DNA of 64,000 nucleotides from Rhina ancylostomus (Eukaryota), in the NCBI GenBank assembly GCA_030265395.1, contig JARFYF010000119.1, forward strand, positions 13,518,860 to 13,582,859. The letters are read 5' to 3'. The notes under the pieces are model-generated. The model was not told the origin of the DNA and ran no database searches. It saw only the letters and a list, made by a program, of their open reading frames with translations. Made by a program: the position numbers and the translations under genes. Positions 25,336 through 38,900 of the stretch are shown in pieces (position 1 is the stretch's first letter; each line of letters opens with the position of its first letter).

Positions 25336-28300
25336 AATAAATAGATAAGCTCAACGCCCCTGCTGCTCTGATCACCCTTTCCTTCCCTGATGCTCTGTGC
25401 GCTTTTTTTCTCCCTCTCTCCATGTCTCTCTCCTTCTGTGTCCTTTCCTGTCTCTCTCTCTCTCAGCGCATCTCCAACAAGTGAAAGTCTAGTCACCTTC
25501 TTTGGACAATCGTACTACTGCTCACAGCATTTAAATATTTTGGCAGCTATCACTGAAAGCAAAAGTATGATTACCTCTGTAAATGGATGCAACTTGCACT
25601 TTATTCTTGCTTTTTTGTCTGATGCTTGTCCACTCCTTGGATAATCTTTATGCCATCATTCTATGGAGAGGGCAGTAAGCTTTATTTTACAAGGGCAATC
25701 TCAGGTGCCATACGAGTTATCCAGGCTTCTTTGGAGAGTCCAGATTAAGAGAGTACTTAATGCTGCCAGCAGCAGCCTGCTATTGTTTGATTTTAAGTGA
25801 GCAACAGTACATTCATGTACAATGTACAATGTACAATGAATAGTACATTCATGTAAACACTCAAAATCTTATAACAGTGACAAAGTTTCTTCAGAAATTC
25901 TACAGTAGTAGAGAATGATGCCATTGCAAGTCCAGTCCATTAGTAGAACATTAGTGCTCCATTGGCCTTTGGAAATGTGATTACACTGACCAATGCTAAA
26001 CACTGAAAGTCATGCAATTCCTTATACTTCACTGTTCAAAAATGTGTGTCATTGATATGTCATTGTTTGAAGAATCAAAGGAGGGCAGAAATAGATAATC
26101 TAGAATGCAGCCAGTATAGGACAGAGAGTTCATTTTCTCACTTTGCGCAACTCTATTGTGGTCTCCACAAAGTTTCTGATAATGATGTGATTGTGAATGG
26201 ATTGCTAATCTGGTGTTTGCAGCTGTGAACAGAGTAATCAGCCCTGAATAGGAGATAGCCCCATTCCTCAAAATCTTTCCTTCAGAGCAGTGAGGCAACT
26301 GTATCTGATTATAAATGAATGAGTTGGGGAAGCTGCCAGAAAAACTGGAATTAACCATTAGACAAGTTGAGGTTCCATCAAATACACATTAGGATAAAGT
26401 AGTCCCGTTCTATTAAGGTATATTTATGTGTTGAGAATGGGAGATGTAATGGCCGCTTCAGTGCCACATTTGACATCCTACACTTTGGAAAAGCCTGCAA
26501 TGGCAGCATATGTCTGTGCCTGATTTGTCTGCTCCTATGGCTGACAGAAAAATAAATCTAGTTTCATGGAGTAGATAGCACCAACAACTATCCTAATGCA
26601 CTGGTCATCAGGAAACTGTGTGATGCAACATTATCAGCAGCTGTAGGCTGCAATGATCCTGAGGCTTAGAAGTTGACAGTAAGGGTAACTTTGATCAACT
26701 GTAAGAGCAGCAAAGATATCTGTGCAGCTTGTACTTGAGGTTTAATGGGATCAGGGATCGTGATGAGGACTAACTTGTGGAAGCATGCGCTAAGTTGACA
26801 TCACACTAGCAAGGAGTGTAGACAAAAGTGCAGCTGGGTGGAAATTCAGTGCCGAGGCCTTGTACACTTTCCGCGAAGAAGTTTCCAAGGGTACCCAAGG
26901 TGTTTGAGAGGATTCTACTGCACACCCAGGTCATCCATGAACAGTAATATTAGGTCTAGAACAAGGGCCATTGTAAGTCAGTTTTGACTGCAGCAAAATA
27001 TCACCTTTTCTTTATTGTCACTGAATCAAAACCCTGGAACTCCTTAAGTCGGGTATATCTTTGACAATCAACTTGTAGCAGTTTAAGAAGACGGCCACTC
27101 TCACTAAGACACAGAGATGTACAATACATGTTTTTGCAGCAATATCTTCATCCGTGAAAGGATATAAAAGGTAGCCCAACCATCATATGAGCACTAATAC
27201 CAGACTCAATGTCACCAGCATCATGCCCAGAGCTTTCATGCACTTCAGGAAAACTAATAAATCTAAGTCCACTTTAAACGACAATTATTTGAACAATGTG
27301 TGCATACGAGTGAAGAATACTTGGTGTTGACATGCACATATCCATAAATTGTTGCTTATTTTCATAAGCAGAGCTCAGTAAATCACTTGAAGTGTCACAA
27401 ATGAGCTGTGGACGATTCTGAGCACTATACTTCGAGAAAAGGTATAAAGAGGACATCTAAAGAGGTAAAGGGGAAGTTTACTGAGAAGAAACTTCAGTTG
27501 CAAGAAATTTGAAAATAAAGCACTGTTCTTGGAACGTAGAGTTAAAGAAGTGATCCAACAGAGATCTAGAAGCTAGCGAAATATTTAAATAGAGTAATTG
27601 GAGAAAAAAAAATCCCTCTTGGGAAAAATATTAAACTTAAAGAGCTGAGAATCCAAGAGCCATGACGAGCTTGTGTCACACAAGTAGTCCAATGGCTTAT
27701 TGGCAGGCTTGTAAAAATGTTTCAACAATTTGACTGAAAATGAGATAGAGTTTGCTTCACTTGACATCTGTCATCCCATGAAACATTAACACTTTGAAAT
27801 TTACATTGACCACCTCTAGGCATAATGCATCCAGGCTCTAACAAAGGGAGTCAGGGAAGGCTTATAGAGTTGAAAAATCAAATGGCTATCATGCAAGCTC
27901 TCAAACACAAGAGGTAGGTGTCTGGGAATATGGTGGACTGAACAGATCAAAGATTTGCAAGTAGGTTCTTATCTCTGTAATCCGTTTCCCTATGGATCTA
28001 ATTTGGGATAGAACAATTGTTTTCTACAAAATTATCACAAGTTAGAAAGTACAAGATGAACTTTATTTGGGGGAAGTTTCACACATAGTAATCTAACTGG
28101 AAAATGAATGGAGCTACTGGAAATGCTCGAAGTGCCATAAATTTGTACTTGATGAGACAAAATGTTTTTCTGATGTTAAGAGATTTGATGGTGTCCCATA
28201 GCCCAGGAAAGATAACTGAACCCGAATTTTAACTGCTGTTAAAGTCTTTAGGTTCCCCACGATAACTGTCATCAAGTATTTAATTTCAATCATCAAAATG

Positions 28301-28739
28301 CACATTTTGAATTCAAACAAACTACCATGTGTCCAAAGTGAGCAATTCACCTATTTTAGCTATTGGGCCTAACAAGGATGCCAGGAACAGTGAATAGTGC
28401 TGTGGAATCTTCTGTATCCAATCAAACATGCAGGCAAAGTTTAACATCTTTTCCAAATAATGGCAGCACAGACCATGAAGTGCACTTTAGGTACTTCAGT
28501 GAGTCATTACTGGGCTCAGGCTATGGGCTTCTCTTTGTGAGAAAGAAGAACAGTCCTTGCTTGAGGCTTTCTCAACACATCACACCAACTCTACAAAGCA
28601 ACAGGAACTCACATGGGCTCATGCTATGCCTGTCCCTTGGTGGCACACATGGAACAGTTCTTGTTCCAATCCTAATCGGGTTCTCTTCCTTGTCTTTGTT
28701 TCCATTACATTGACCATTGTATTAGTGTTGTTTCCCTGC

Positions 28740-29510
28740 ACTTGGACAGAATCCAGAATTTCATTACCTTTGTGCCCGTTTCCATCTTATTCTCACTTTC
28801 ATGGTCCTTATTTGAATTCATTTGCACCTCTTCTAATTTAACACATTGCATCATACTCACATGACCTTCTCCACATTAGAAAAGACAAACACAGAAAAGT
28901 GATAGTTTTGTAGAACACCACCATTCAGTCCACAGAAGTGACAATGAGCTTCCAATCGCCTGTCACTTTAATTCTCCATCTCTACCATTGGCTTCCTACA
29001 CAATTCCATCAATGCCCAGTGTAAATTCAAGGAACATCACCTCATCTTCCATCTATCCATGTTACAGTACTCAGGACTTAATATAATTAAACAGCTTCAT
29101 ATGCCCAGCTTTTCTTTTTTGTGCCAGTACTGGACAGTTGTAATGTAAAATCGTCAGGTTTTCTCACCCACTGATGTTATCTGATTTGCTGAATATTTCC
29201 AGTCTTTTATTTCCTGCATGTTTTTGTTTTCTTTCTCTAATGCCCTCAATCATCTTCTCCATTCATCCAGATACATCAGCTCTAATTAACAAGCATTCCT
29301 TTCTTCTCTAAGATGGCATCCAAAGCAACTGTCACCTGAACAAACTGGTCTCTGCCCTATCATTCCTTTTGCTACCTTCAGCTGGTCTGCAATTTAAAAC
29401 ATTTGTTTTCTCATTTTTCCAGTTCTGATGAAAGGTCAATGAGCTGAAATGCTAAAACTAGTCTCACTCTCCAGATACTGTCTGATTCTTGCATTTTCTG
29501 CTTTTATCTT
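28740..29510 (+). mobile_element. Old Penelope-like fragment (GIY-YIG end and terminal repeat)
   Basis: cacattagaaaagacaaacacaga...gtagaacacc (degenerate YIGETKRRLxxRFVEH); gcctgtcactttaattc (ACHFNS); CTGATGA...GAAA at 29425-29449. Confidence 0.6.
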
Positions 29511-32500
29511 GGATTCTGTTCAGGTTTGTGGTGGCAATTGAACCAACAACTTCTGATTTCGAGATGAATGTTCTCACTAATCCAAACCTCTCAATGAATA
29601 GACAATAGTGTTCAAAGTATTTCGGCACAGCTTTGTGGGCCAAAGGGCCTGAATTGTGCCGTAGTTTTTCTATGTATTCAATCCTTTCTCCCCAGCAGTC
29701 AAATAAAGTAGAATTCACCACACACACAGTTACTTTGTTATACTTTTCTCCCTAATCCAGCCCTGTCAAAAAGCAATCACAGTAACATTTGGACTTTCCT
29801 TACTCAGGTCTCTGCAAGCTATGCTCAACCTGCTAATCTGTATTTAATTTAGTAAGATTTTAATTTGTCAAGGTAAACTTAGACTGTATTTAACTTCATT
29901 TCAGCCTCTACTTTAAAAATAACATTTTTTTCCCAAACTGCTGAATGACAATAGAACCTATGATTTTCAATAGCTCCATGTAGTAATTTATTATCATACT
30001 TTGAAAGCATCTAAACAGCAACTCCAAATAATATTTTTGTATTCTAATTTCTAAGTAGTAAACAGTGAGTGCTAATAACCAACACATTTATATTGCATTG
30101 CATACAAAAATGTTATCATTAATAGTGCAGCTATAAATGCAAGTCCAGTTTTATTTTCAAATATCAGGGCCAATCATAGGCCATTCAGGTTTGTATTATG
30201 TTCAGACTTAGAAAGTTCCACAAATTCATTATGCATCTGAGATTGTTTTACAGATCATATAAATAAAAGGACAACATTAGACTATAAATGCTTTACCTCC
30301 TGCAAAGACAGAATAATTTAGTGCTGTGCAGTGCCTTCTTGAAAGTTCTGCAAGTTCTTTACTGTATGATACCCAATGCTGTGGGCAATGGATCAGGTCT
30401 TGTCCACTTTGTGCATTGAGGGGCTCTTCCTTTGCATAATGGTTGTAGAATGGAGGTGGGAGGGTTGTTGCCTGAAATTAGCTGCTAGGGTTACTCCTGC
30501 ACATTCTCCACAGCCTTGCCCTCATTAGCTATTTATACATGCTGTGGAGGTCCATTATGCCACCTGGCTGCAATGGGGGTTGCCAGTGGAAGTCTCTCTG
30601 CACAGGACTTCTCCCCCTTTACATCAGGAACCTGGGATGGAAGATACTGCAGAGAAGTCCTATGCAACAGAATTTTAAGCTGATTCACAAACTCCTGGGC
30701 CACCTGCTATTTCTCAACCTGGAGGAACCAGTCTTCTACATTCATATGAAATATGAGAGGCAGCAGCCCTGTTTAAGTATTTGAAAAGGCTGCTCCTCAA
30801 GTTCTGGTTGCACCTCAGCCCCATGATCCTGATCTTTGGGCACCTGGGGGAGTGGCGTCAGTAAAAGGACCTCTTTGCAGGTCTGCACCTGCCATTCACA
30901 GCTTCATGGGCCAACAAGCAGTCCATTCAAGCCTTCTTCTGAAGATTCATCCATGCCCAAGTACCCACTGGTAGCCTTCCAGGACAATTGGGAACTGCAT
31001 CCTGGACAGTGAGGATCACATTTAATCTAAAACTGTTATGAGCATTGTAAATAAAGGCAATATATTTCATTACTCAACATGAACATATTCTCATTTATCC
31101 ATTTACAAACAAAGTAAATAGCTCTTGGGGTTTTAGCACAAATTTTAACTCATCTGTTTCAGAGTTTCATGAATATGCAGATAATGGAGAGGTATGGACT
31201 ATGTGCAGGCAGAAGGGATTATGTGTCATTATCTTAATCAGTTTGGCACAACATTGCAGGCTGAAGGGCCTGGTCCTGTGCTACACTGTTCTATGTACTA
31301 TGTTCAAGCTAGCAATTAGGGTATGGGGATGTAGTGGTTGGATTAGTTCACCCAGCCTGAAGGATAAGAATAGAGTTTGAGGAATTCCAAATGTTAGACT
31401 CTACAATCTGTGACAGGTCTTCACAACTAATGACAAAATCTCTCAGATCTCTCCACAGGCCACCTATATATAACAGAAGATCATGGAATATAAGCTTGGA
31501 CACCATACACTTGTCCCACAGACTCCATGCATCAGAATATTATTAACAAAAAGGGCATAGAGGGATTGTCACAGACATTGTGGATCTCCTGAATTTCCCT
31601 TAATGAAATATTCTTTTATTGTATCATGCAGTGCGCATAAACATTGTGTTATGTGGTAGAATTTCCAGGCCTATTTGTCTTGTTTTAATTTTAACATTAC
31701 CAAATATCCAGTAATTATTTCAAGATCATACCTCACTTCCTTTATAAAATTCAACTTTCAATTTACAAATTAATAGAAGTCCAAATATCTTCCTCTAACC
31801 AGATATGTGGGCACACACAGATTTTAATAAACTATTTTTTTAAAAAAGGGTTCCTTTATCCAAGTGAAACCTTTCCTATTTTTAGAACAGCTATTTCCAG
31901 AATTTGGACAGAGATGGTTTTCAGCATTTCAATAGATTTTTGGCTCTTTTCTGCACTTATCAAGGTGGTACTAAGCAATGGAACACTGTGTTCTCTGTGC
32001 ACCAGTGAGTATGAAATAAGCCCCACTCAATTAAAGCAAAGATTAGTTTTGGCTTAAAAATTCCACTACACAGAACCAATACCAACCACAGAAGAACATC
32101 ACAACCTGACTATTGTCATGCTGGTCATTCCTAACATNNNNNNNNNNNNNNNNNNNNNNNNNNNNNNNNNNNNNNNNNNNNNNNNNNNNNNNNNNNNNNN
32201 NNNNNNNNNNNNNNNNNNNNNNNNNNNNNNNNNNNNNGGTCATTCCTAACATCATATATTGAATTTCTCAGATTAGCCCATTGGTGCTGATTTACGTTAA
32301 GTTCTATCTTGTGACCTAATAAGAAAAACTCACTCAACTAATCCAAGTGACCTACAACATTCGTGGTTAAAGTCAAATGCTAAACCATTTCAGCATCCAC
32401 ATAGGAATTATCCAAACACTAAGTATACAATATAATAGATATGTTGATACAGCCTGCATTAGTGATGTTATTCGTGCATGTTTTTTCAGTCTTGATTAAC

Positions 32501-35234
32501 TGAACAGTCATTTGTGCCACTCTCCACTCCACAAAAACTGCCATAAAGTTTGACACATTTGCAACATTATCACTTTTAATACTGAAAAGTTTGACTCATA
32601 ATAGTATCTGGACAAAACGTTTTGAATCCTTAAACAGGATTATCCAATCTTCAAATTAAATAGAGGAATTACAACATTCTTTTTCATATTTTATTTGTTG
32701 CTTTAAGGTGTGGATGTCACTAGCAGTGCTGGCATTTATAATCCATCTCCAGTTGTTCTGAAGTAGAGGCAGTTAAAAGTCAACTACATTGGTTTGACTT
32801 GGAGTCACAGCAAGTTTGTACAATAATCCCAAAATTTGGGAGTTGTGCACAAACCAACTGTTCCAGACATGAACGCATTAATGGTGACTTCCCTTGCAAT
32901 ACAACATGATTGAGAGAAATGAACAAAGTCCCCAAAGACAAGGCCAAGCAGCTGGAAGGAGAAAGGGTGAAAGAGTGTCAACAGGAGACCAATTCTAGCT
33001 AGAGCTTTCAGTAAGCAACCATCCTACCTGAACATGAGGGAACAACGAAGACCTGATGGGCACACTCACTGAAATCTGCTGCAGCCACAAATACTTCAGG
33101 ATAAGGATTGTATTGCATTGCAATTGCCCAATAAAGTCACTGCAACTATCTAACTTCATGTTTCTGGATCCTTTGAGACCAAAGCTGGAGATACTTGCAA
33201 CAATTTCCAGCTTATTATTACATGAAGGAAGTCACTTAGCTTCTCCATTAGCTGACTACATTCCATTCTGTATTGCCAGAGCAAGAGGGTTTAAGGATTG
33301 TATGTTTGATCATTACACAGACAGCACATGTAACTTCATCATATACTGGACATCAATGCCAGGCCAGGAGATTTGTGACTGAGGATAGTGAATTATGTAG
33401 GTCAATGCCTAGAATTCTGGCAAAGGTCATAATGCCTTCATTTTACTGTAGACCACTCTTTATATTGAGAGCTATGTTGCACATGAAGTAAAATGAAGGG
33501 ATGCTGAAACAACACTTTCATTGCCTGGATTGGTCTGATAGAAATCTGCAATACTTAATGGGATGGTTACCAAGATATGTGATGAGTAGCTGTCAATACT
33601 TGCAATGGTCTCCTGCACATCGCACAACCTCACCAGCACGAAGGTGGCCACCCCTTGCCATCAGCAAAGCTGACAGAATTTGAAAGACAAAATACAAATA
33701 CATATGGATAAGGAAAAGAGAAACAGGAAGAAGAAGAACAGCCGAAGCAACTCATTTCTGCCCAGTCTATCAATAAAGAACTTTGAGAATCAAGAGACTG
33801 CAGATGCTGGAATCTGGAGCAACAAACAGTCTGCTGGAAGAACTCAGTGGATGAAGCAGTGGGAGGAAAGGAGTTTAAGTTTAATTCCAATAACCACAAT
33901 TTCAAATATGCATTCATCATAGTTCCACGCCTCGTCTTTCCTTCTGTCACTGACCATCACAGTATCAAACTACAAAAGTAGAAAAAGTGATCACAAGTAT
34001 CAGAAAAGCAGATGCATAAATGAAATAATGCCCTATTTCACAAAACATAACTAATGATCCTTGCGTATTCCCTTACTACCNNNNNNNNNNCCTTCTCTTG
34101 CCACCCCAGTAAATTCAGTATCGTTGGTGGAAGGCTGCTGACTTTCAGAGAGGTAGCACTGAAGGTTGATCTTGAGCAGGTTTGGATCTGGAAAAGACTC
34201 ACTGCCTGGCAGAATGCCAGTGAAAAGTAAGGGTATTAGGTATGCAGCAGAGGTGGGAGGACAATGTTTTTTCCCTCAGAAAGGGCAGCATGTTTGTGAC
34301 CTATACCAAGGCAGAATTTCAAAGTTCTTGATAATCTATTGGATTGCTGGACTGCTACAAGTCCCTAAATACCACACTGCAGACTCTCAAGCAGAGCCAT
34401 GAGACCACCACTCCAAACTTACATGACAGTGGTCTAAGTCTCCACTTCTGCCCTCAGATATTGATGCAATGGAAGATACAGCATTAACAATCAGATGCTA
34501 CATCGTGATTGGGTCAACTGTGTGAATGGAGTTGATCGCCACTTTCATACAAGATCTGAGCAAAGTCTTTTGTCAATTTGCTCTCAGAATCCTCCATACT
34601 GCTTGACAAAGTATAAATACATTTTAGTAGGCTTCCGAATTTACCAAAAATATCATTGTCTATGTCCAGCAGGCTTCTTCTGTATATTGCCACACAGGAC
34701 TGTTATCTTGTTCTCTGGCAAGTAGCCACTTGCATTATTAACCCATAGCTTGCTAGAATTACACCAGTGTTACATTTGGACCAGATACCACACTACACTC
34801 TCTACCAATTATGTGAACTGTCAGTATCTGAACTAGTGGCTGTGAATGTGAATCAGCCTTCATCATCAGATCATCTTTTCCTGCACTGCTTAATCAGACT
34901 GCGGTTCCCTGTCATCTGAAAAGAAAATTGGACAAAGGCTACCATGTAAGAAAGGAATGGGTGGTGGGGGGAAGGGAGGGATAACATGTATGCATGTGTC
35001 AAATGCCTCTTAAAATCATCAATAAATGTGGAATGATTACACGTGAGCCAGAACATCAGTTATGCAGGTATGACCTTCAACTGTTTCCATCCTGCTTCAA
35101 ATGAGGACATCATGCACAACTTTCAATTATGTAAAGTGCCTTTAATGCTGCAAAAATACATAAGAACACTTAAGAAAATTTTAACTAGTAGGCACTAGGA
35201 CAAATGGTCAAAGCATTAGACAAATAGGCAAAGG

Positions 35235-35555
35235 CAGGGGCCTGCTGCCTCACAGCACTAGAGACCCAGGTTCAATCCTGACCTCTGGTGCCGCCTGAAT
35301 GGAGTTTGCATGTTCTTCCTGTGACTGCATGGGTTTCTCTGGGTGCATCAGTTTCCTCCCACATCCCAAAGGTTTGTGGGTTAGTAGATCAACTGACCAA
35401 TTAAATTGCCCCTAGTGTGTTGATGAGTGCCAGTATCTGGAGGAGCTGATGAGAATGCAATGAGAAAATGGGATTAATGTAGGGTAGTATTAGTGGATGG
35501 TTGATGGTCAGTGCAGACTTGGTGGGCCGAGAGGCCTGTTTCCATGCTGTAACAT
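35235..35555 (+). mobile_element. V-SINE (HE1-like) with CR1-type tail
   Basis: gcctcacagcactagagacccaggttcaatcctg (tRNA head, B box); gagtttgcatgttcttcctgtgactgcatgggtttc (V domain); tail gggccgagaggcctgtttccatgctgt. Confidence 0.85.
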
Positions 35556-35589
35556 TCTAAGAAAAGTAAGTCAGTCATTAATGTTGAAA

Positions 35590-35900
35590 GAGACTTCTAG
35601 ATTCTTAGAAGCTGAAAGCATAATTGGTAAAACGCAGGGATACTCAAGAAGCTATAACATCGATAGATCTTGAGTGTTATAGAGCTACAGGAAATTATAG
35701 AGGTAAATAGACACTGAGGCCTCATTTGTTTTTTTTTAAAAAGTGAAGCATGCTCAACTGGAAGCTAGTATACATCAGCAAGCAGAGGATTGATGAGAGG
35801 AAACACACATGTTGAACATGGGGCAGAGATATGGTAATTGTCCAAGTTATGCAAGATAGAAGAAAGGAGGCCAGCCAGGAGTTTTTCTAAATAGTTGTCT
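35590..35900 (-). mobile_element. L2 LINE remnant
   Basis: Minus ORF 35765..36058 contains LDNYLEKLLAGLLSSILHNL, resembling L2 LDYCNSLLAGLP. Confidence 0.5.
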
Positions 35901-38900
35901 AGAGATAAACCATCTGCTTTAGCCCTCATTAAGCTGGGATACGGGAGGATCAGGGCAATATTATGTAGATGAAAACAGACTTCATTGTCAGTCTTTCCCA
36001 GGAGATGCATTGTGTTAAAATTATGTAAAATATAATAAGAGATAAGAATTTGGAGCATATGTTGAAGAAGACTGTTTTACTTCCAGTGAAACTGAAACTG
36101 AGCTTATTGTATCATTAGGCAGAGTATACATCAAAAATGTTAATGTTGATTATGATACATTTAACTGATTCTCCAATAACCTTCTCTCTATTGTAAAATT
36201 AGAAATGCAGCTACCTGCATTTGATTGNNNNNNNNNNNNNNNNNNNNNNNNNNNNNNNNNNNNNNNNNNNNNNNNNNNNNNNNNNNNNNNNNNNNNNNNN
36301 NNNNNNNNNNNNNNNNNNNNNNNNNNNCAGCTACCTGCATTTGATTGCACAGTTTTCAGATTATACTCTCAATTCCTCAGATGACGAACAAATCCATGTC
36401 TGCATACAGCAAAATCTGTACGGTATCAAGGCTTGGGCTGAAAAGTAGCAGGCATCTGGCAATAGTCATCTAAACCAAAGATTATATCCACCTCCTCTTG
36501 ACACATGACGCTGTGATCAATGCTAAGATCCTATTAAAAAAATTCTAGGAATCATGGATGACCAGCATAAACTGAAATGGTTATGTAATTGGTCTAGTTG
36601 CTGGAACAGGTCTGACACTGGGTATGCTACAGCAAGTGGCTCAACTCCCAAATCCCCAAAGTCTCTACACCACCCTTAAGACATGTCAGGAGTGCAAAGA
36701 GATATTCCTTATTTATCTAGGTGGATGCAACATTAAAGAAGCTTGATATTATTCACTCTGCTTGATCAGTGGCTCATTCACAATCATACACATCCACCTC
36801 AAGTGTATGCTATCTAAAGGACACAGACAGAAAATTGCCAAGGCTTTCTTAACCAGGACAAAGGAAGGTTATCACTTCCAAATTTCCCTCAAATCAAGTT
36901 GCATGAAAACTTGGTGACAATAAGGGACAGTGCCTTATGTCCCAAGTCAAAATCCTAAAACTCAGCATCTCATATCATTGTGCTATTATTACATGGGCCA
37001 CAGATATTTCATCCCCAATTTCTAATGGGCAACAAGGAATAGCCACTAATGTTAATATCTCAAGAAAAAAAATATGATCATTTCCACAGCGACCAGAAAA
37101 AGTTTAATGTAAAAATTATTATAATGACTAAAGAACTGTAGTAATTCAGAATGTAAAATTAACAAAAAGTATTCCAACTAAGCAATTTTCATGCAGGGTA
37201 CGTTTATTAGTAAAATGTTTCACCAAACTTAACTCTTTTTGTTAGATGCTGACTAATTGGTATAGTTACAGTACTCTTCAGTGTTATTTTAAATAGTAAC
37301 ATGAGACTTTCTTATTGCTTCCTTGATCAATAAACTTGAATTTCAAACAAGTCAGTTACACCTGTTCATATTGCACTTTTTTGTCTTATCAGTTGCCACT
37401 CTACCATCCAAAGCAAAATGTTATTAAACCACAATTTATTTAGGTGCACCAAAATATGAAAGTCAGGTCAATGAATATTGTTCACACTACCTGGATTCCA
37501 TTGTTTAGTAGGCCAACAGATGGATTAGAAATACAACTCCATAAACACAGAATACTAAATTTAAAATGGGAAAAACCATTTTAAAAATCTATTTCATCCT
37601 CCTGCCCTTTATGCTTTATCATTCCTTTTTTAGATGTCATAAATGCAGTGGAGGTAATAGTACATGATCAAAGTTTTCATTTAATTTTCTTTGAGATTTA
37701 TGGATTAAATTAGGATATTTTTCTTCTATTTGGAAAGGAGGTAACACAGAGTATCCCATATATACAGGTTATATTTATGAATCAATTACAAAGAATGAAC
37801 AGCAGCCACCTTAACCAGTAGTCCGTTGGAAGCAGCAGATCTGACCTGTGTTCCTATTATGATACCATTGTGCACGGTATTATTAAGATCTACGATTATC
37901 TAGCTTATTTTTAATATTATTATACCGTCACTGTCCAATTGATAAGTTGTGATTATTCTATCATTTGATATCAAATTCAGCTAAATACATAACACCTTAA
38001 TATCCCAAACTTGGGTGCCTTTAATAAATACAATGACAAAAGGAACAGAGGTTTAGAATGTGTTAATTTTCATGAGAGTTCACCATAAACACGGTAGTAC
38101 TTTAATAATTGAATCTTCTTTTCATAAATTTCTGTAAAAATTGCAGTAATGTTTATCCCATAAATGAGCAAGATTTCAATTCACTGGCACTGATTTTAAA
38201 AAATCATTGTGAGATAAACTGCATCATTCTATGGTATCCATATTAGTTTCTATTTATATCGCAGACAAAAATACTGGCATGTTAACTTGTTTACAAAGAA
38301 AAAGTTGAAAATTCTTTTGCTGTTTGATGTATGGCGCAAACAGAGATTAACCTAAGACCAAAGTGTTACCAAAAAAAAAAGTGGCTGAGAGATTGATTGT
38401 TATATGGGAACATCTGTCTGCTTTACAAGTTTAATAAACTACAATATGAAAAGTTTTGCATTTAGTAACTGTATGCTCCAATGAGTACACCTTGTCATGA
38501 ACACAAAGTTTGGTTACTCTTAATGAAATTCCACGTAATAGCTAACACAAATGCATACAAAATTGTAAGGAAAAGATTTGAAGCAAGGAAATGATTTTGG
38601 CTTTTTTTTAAACAATTTGATGATAGAAACTGGACAACTTCTAACAAAATCAACTAGAAACTTGTCAGACTTGCAATGACACGATAATCCTGCATTGCAA
38701 CATAACGAAACAAGCAGAAATTTATATTCATGTGTAAATGCATTTGCCATCATTAATATGCTAGCAAAAAAAATTGACCTGCAAATGCAAATAACCACTA
38801 ATGCAGTGAAACTGTGGGTTTTATTTGTTTATAACCTACTCAAGCTAAAATCATTTTTGTTAACAACCTTTGGCATAAATTATTCTCTACTACTTCATTG

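Noticed and set aside
25805-25856. Short (aatgtac)n run and duplicated agtacattcatgta
   Set aside because: Simple slippage duplication; no spacer structure and not CRISPR-like.
30297-30471. 175-nt minus-strand segment open in phase 0 between AG and GT
   Set aside because: No resemblance to FOG or any protein I recognise, wrong phase for exon 1, and adjacent to what looks like degraded TE sequence.
32120-32255. Direct repeat gtcattcctaacat on both sides of a 100-N gap
   Set aside because: Most likely a contig overlap, or a TSD around an unassembled insertion. Cannot be resolved here.
36208-36347. Direct repeat cagctacctgcatttgattg on both sides of a 100-N gap
   Set aside because: Same assembly-gap signature; not evidence of a biological repeat.
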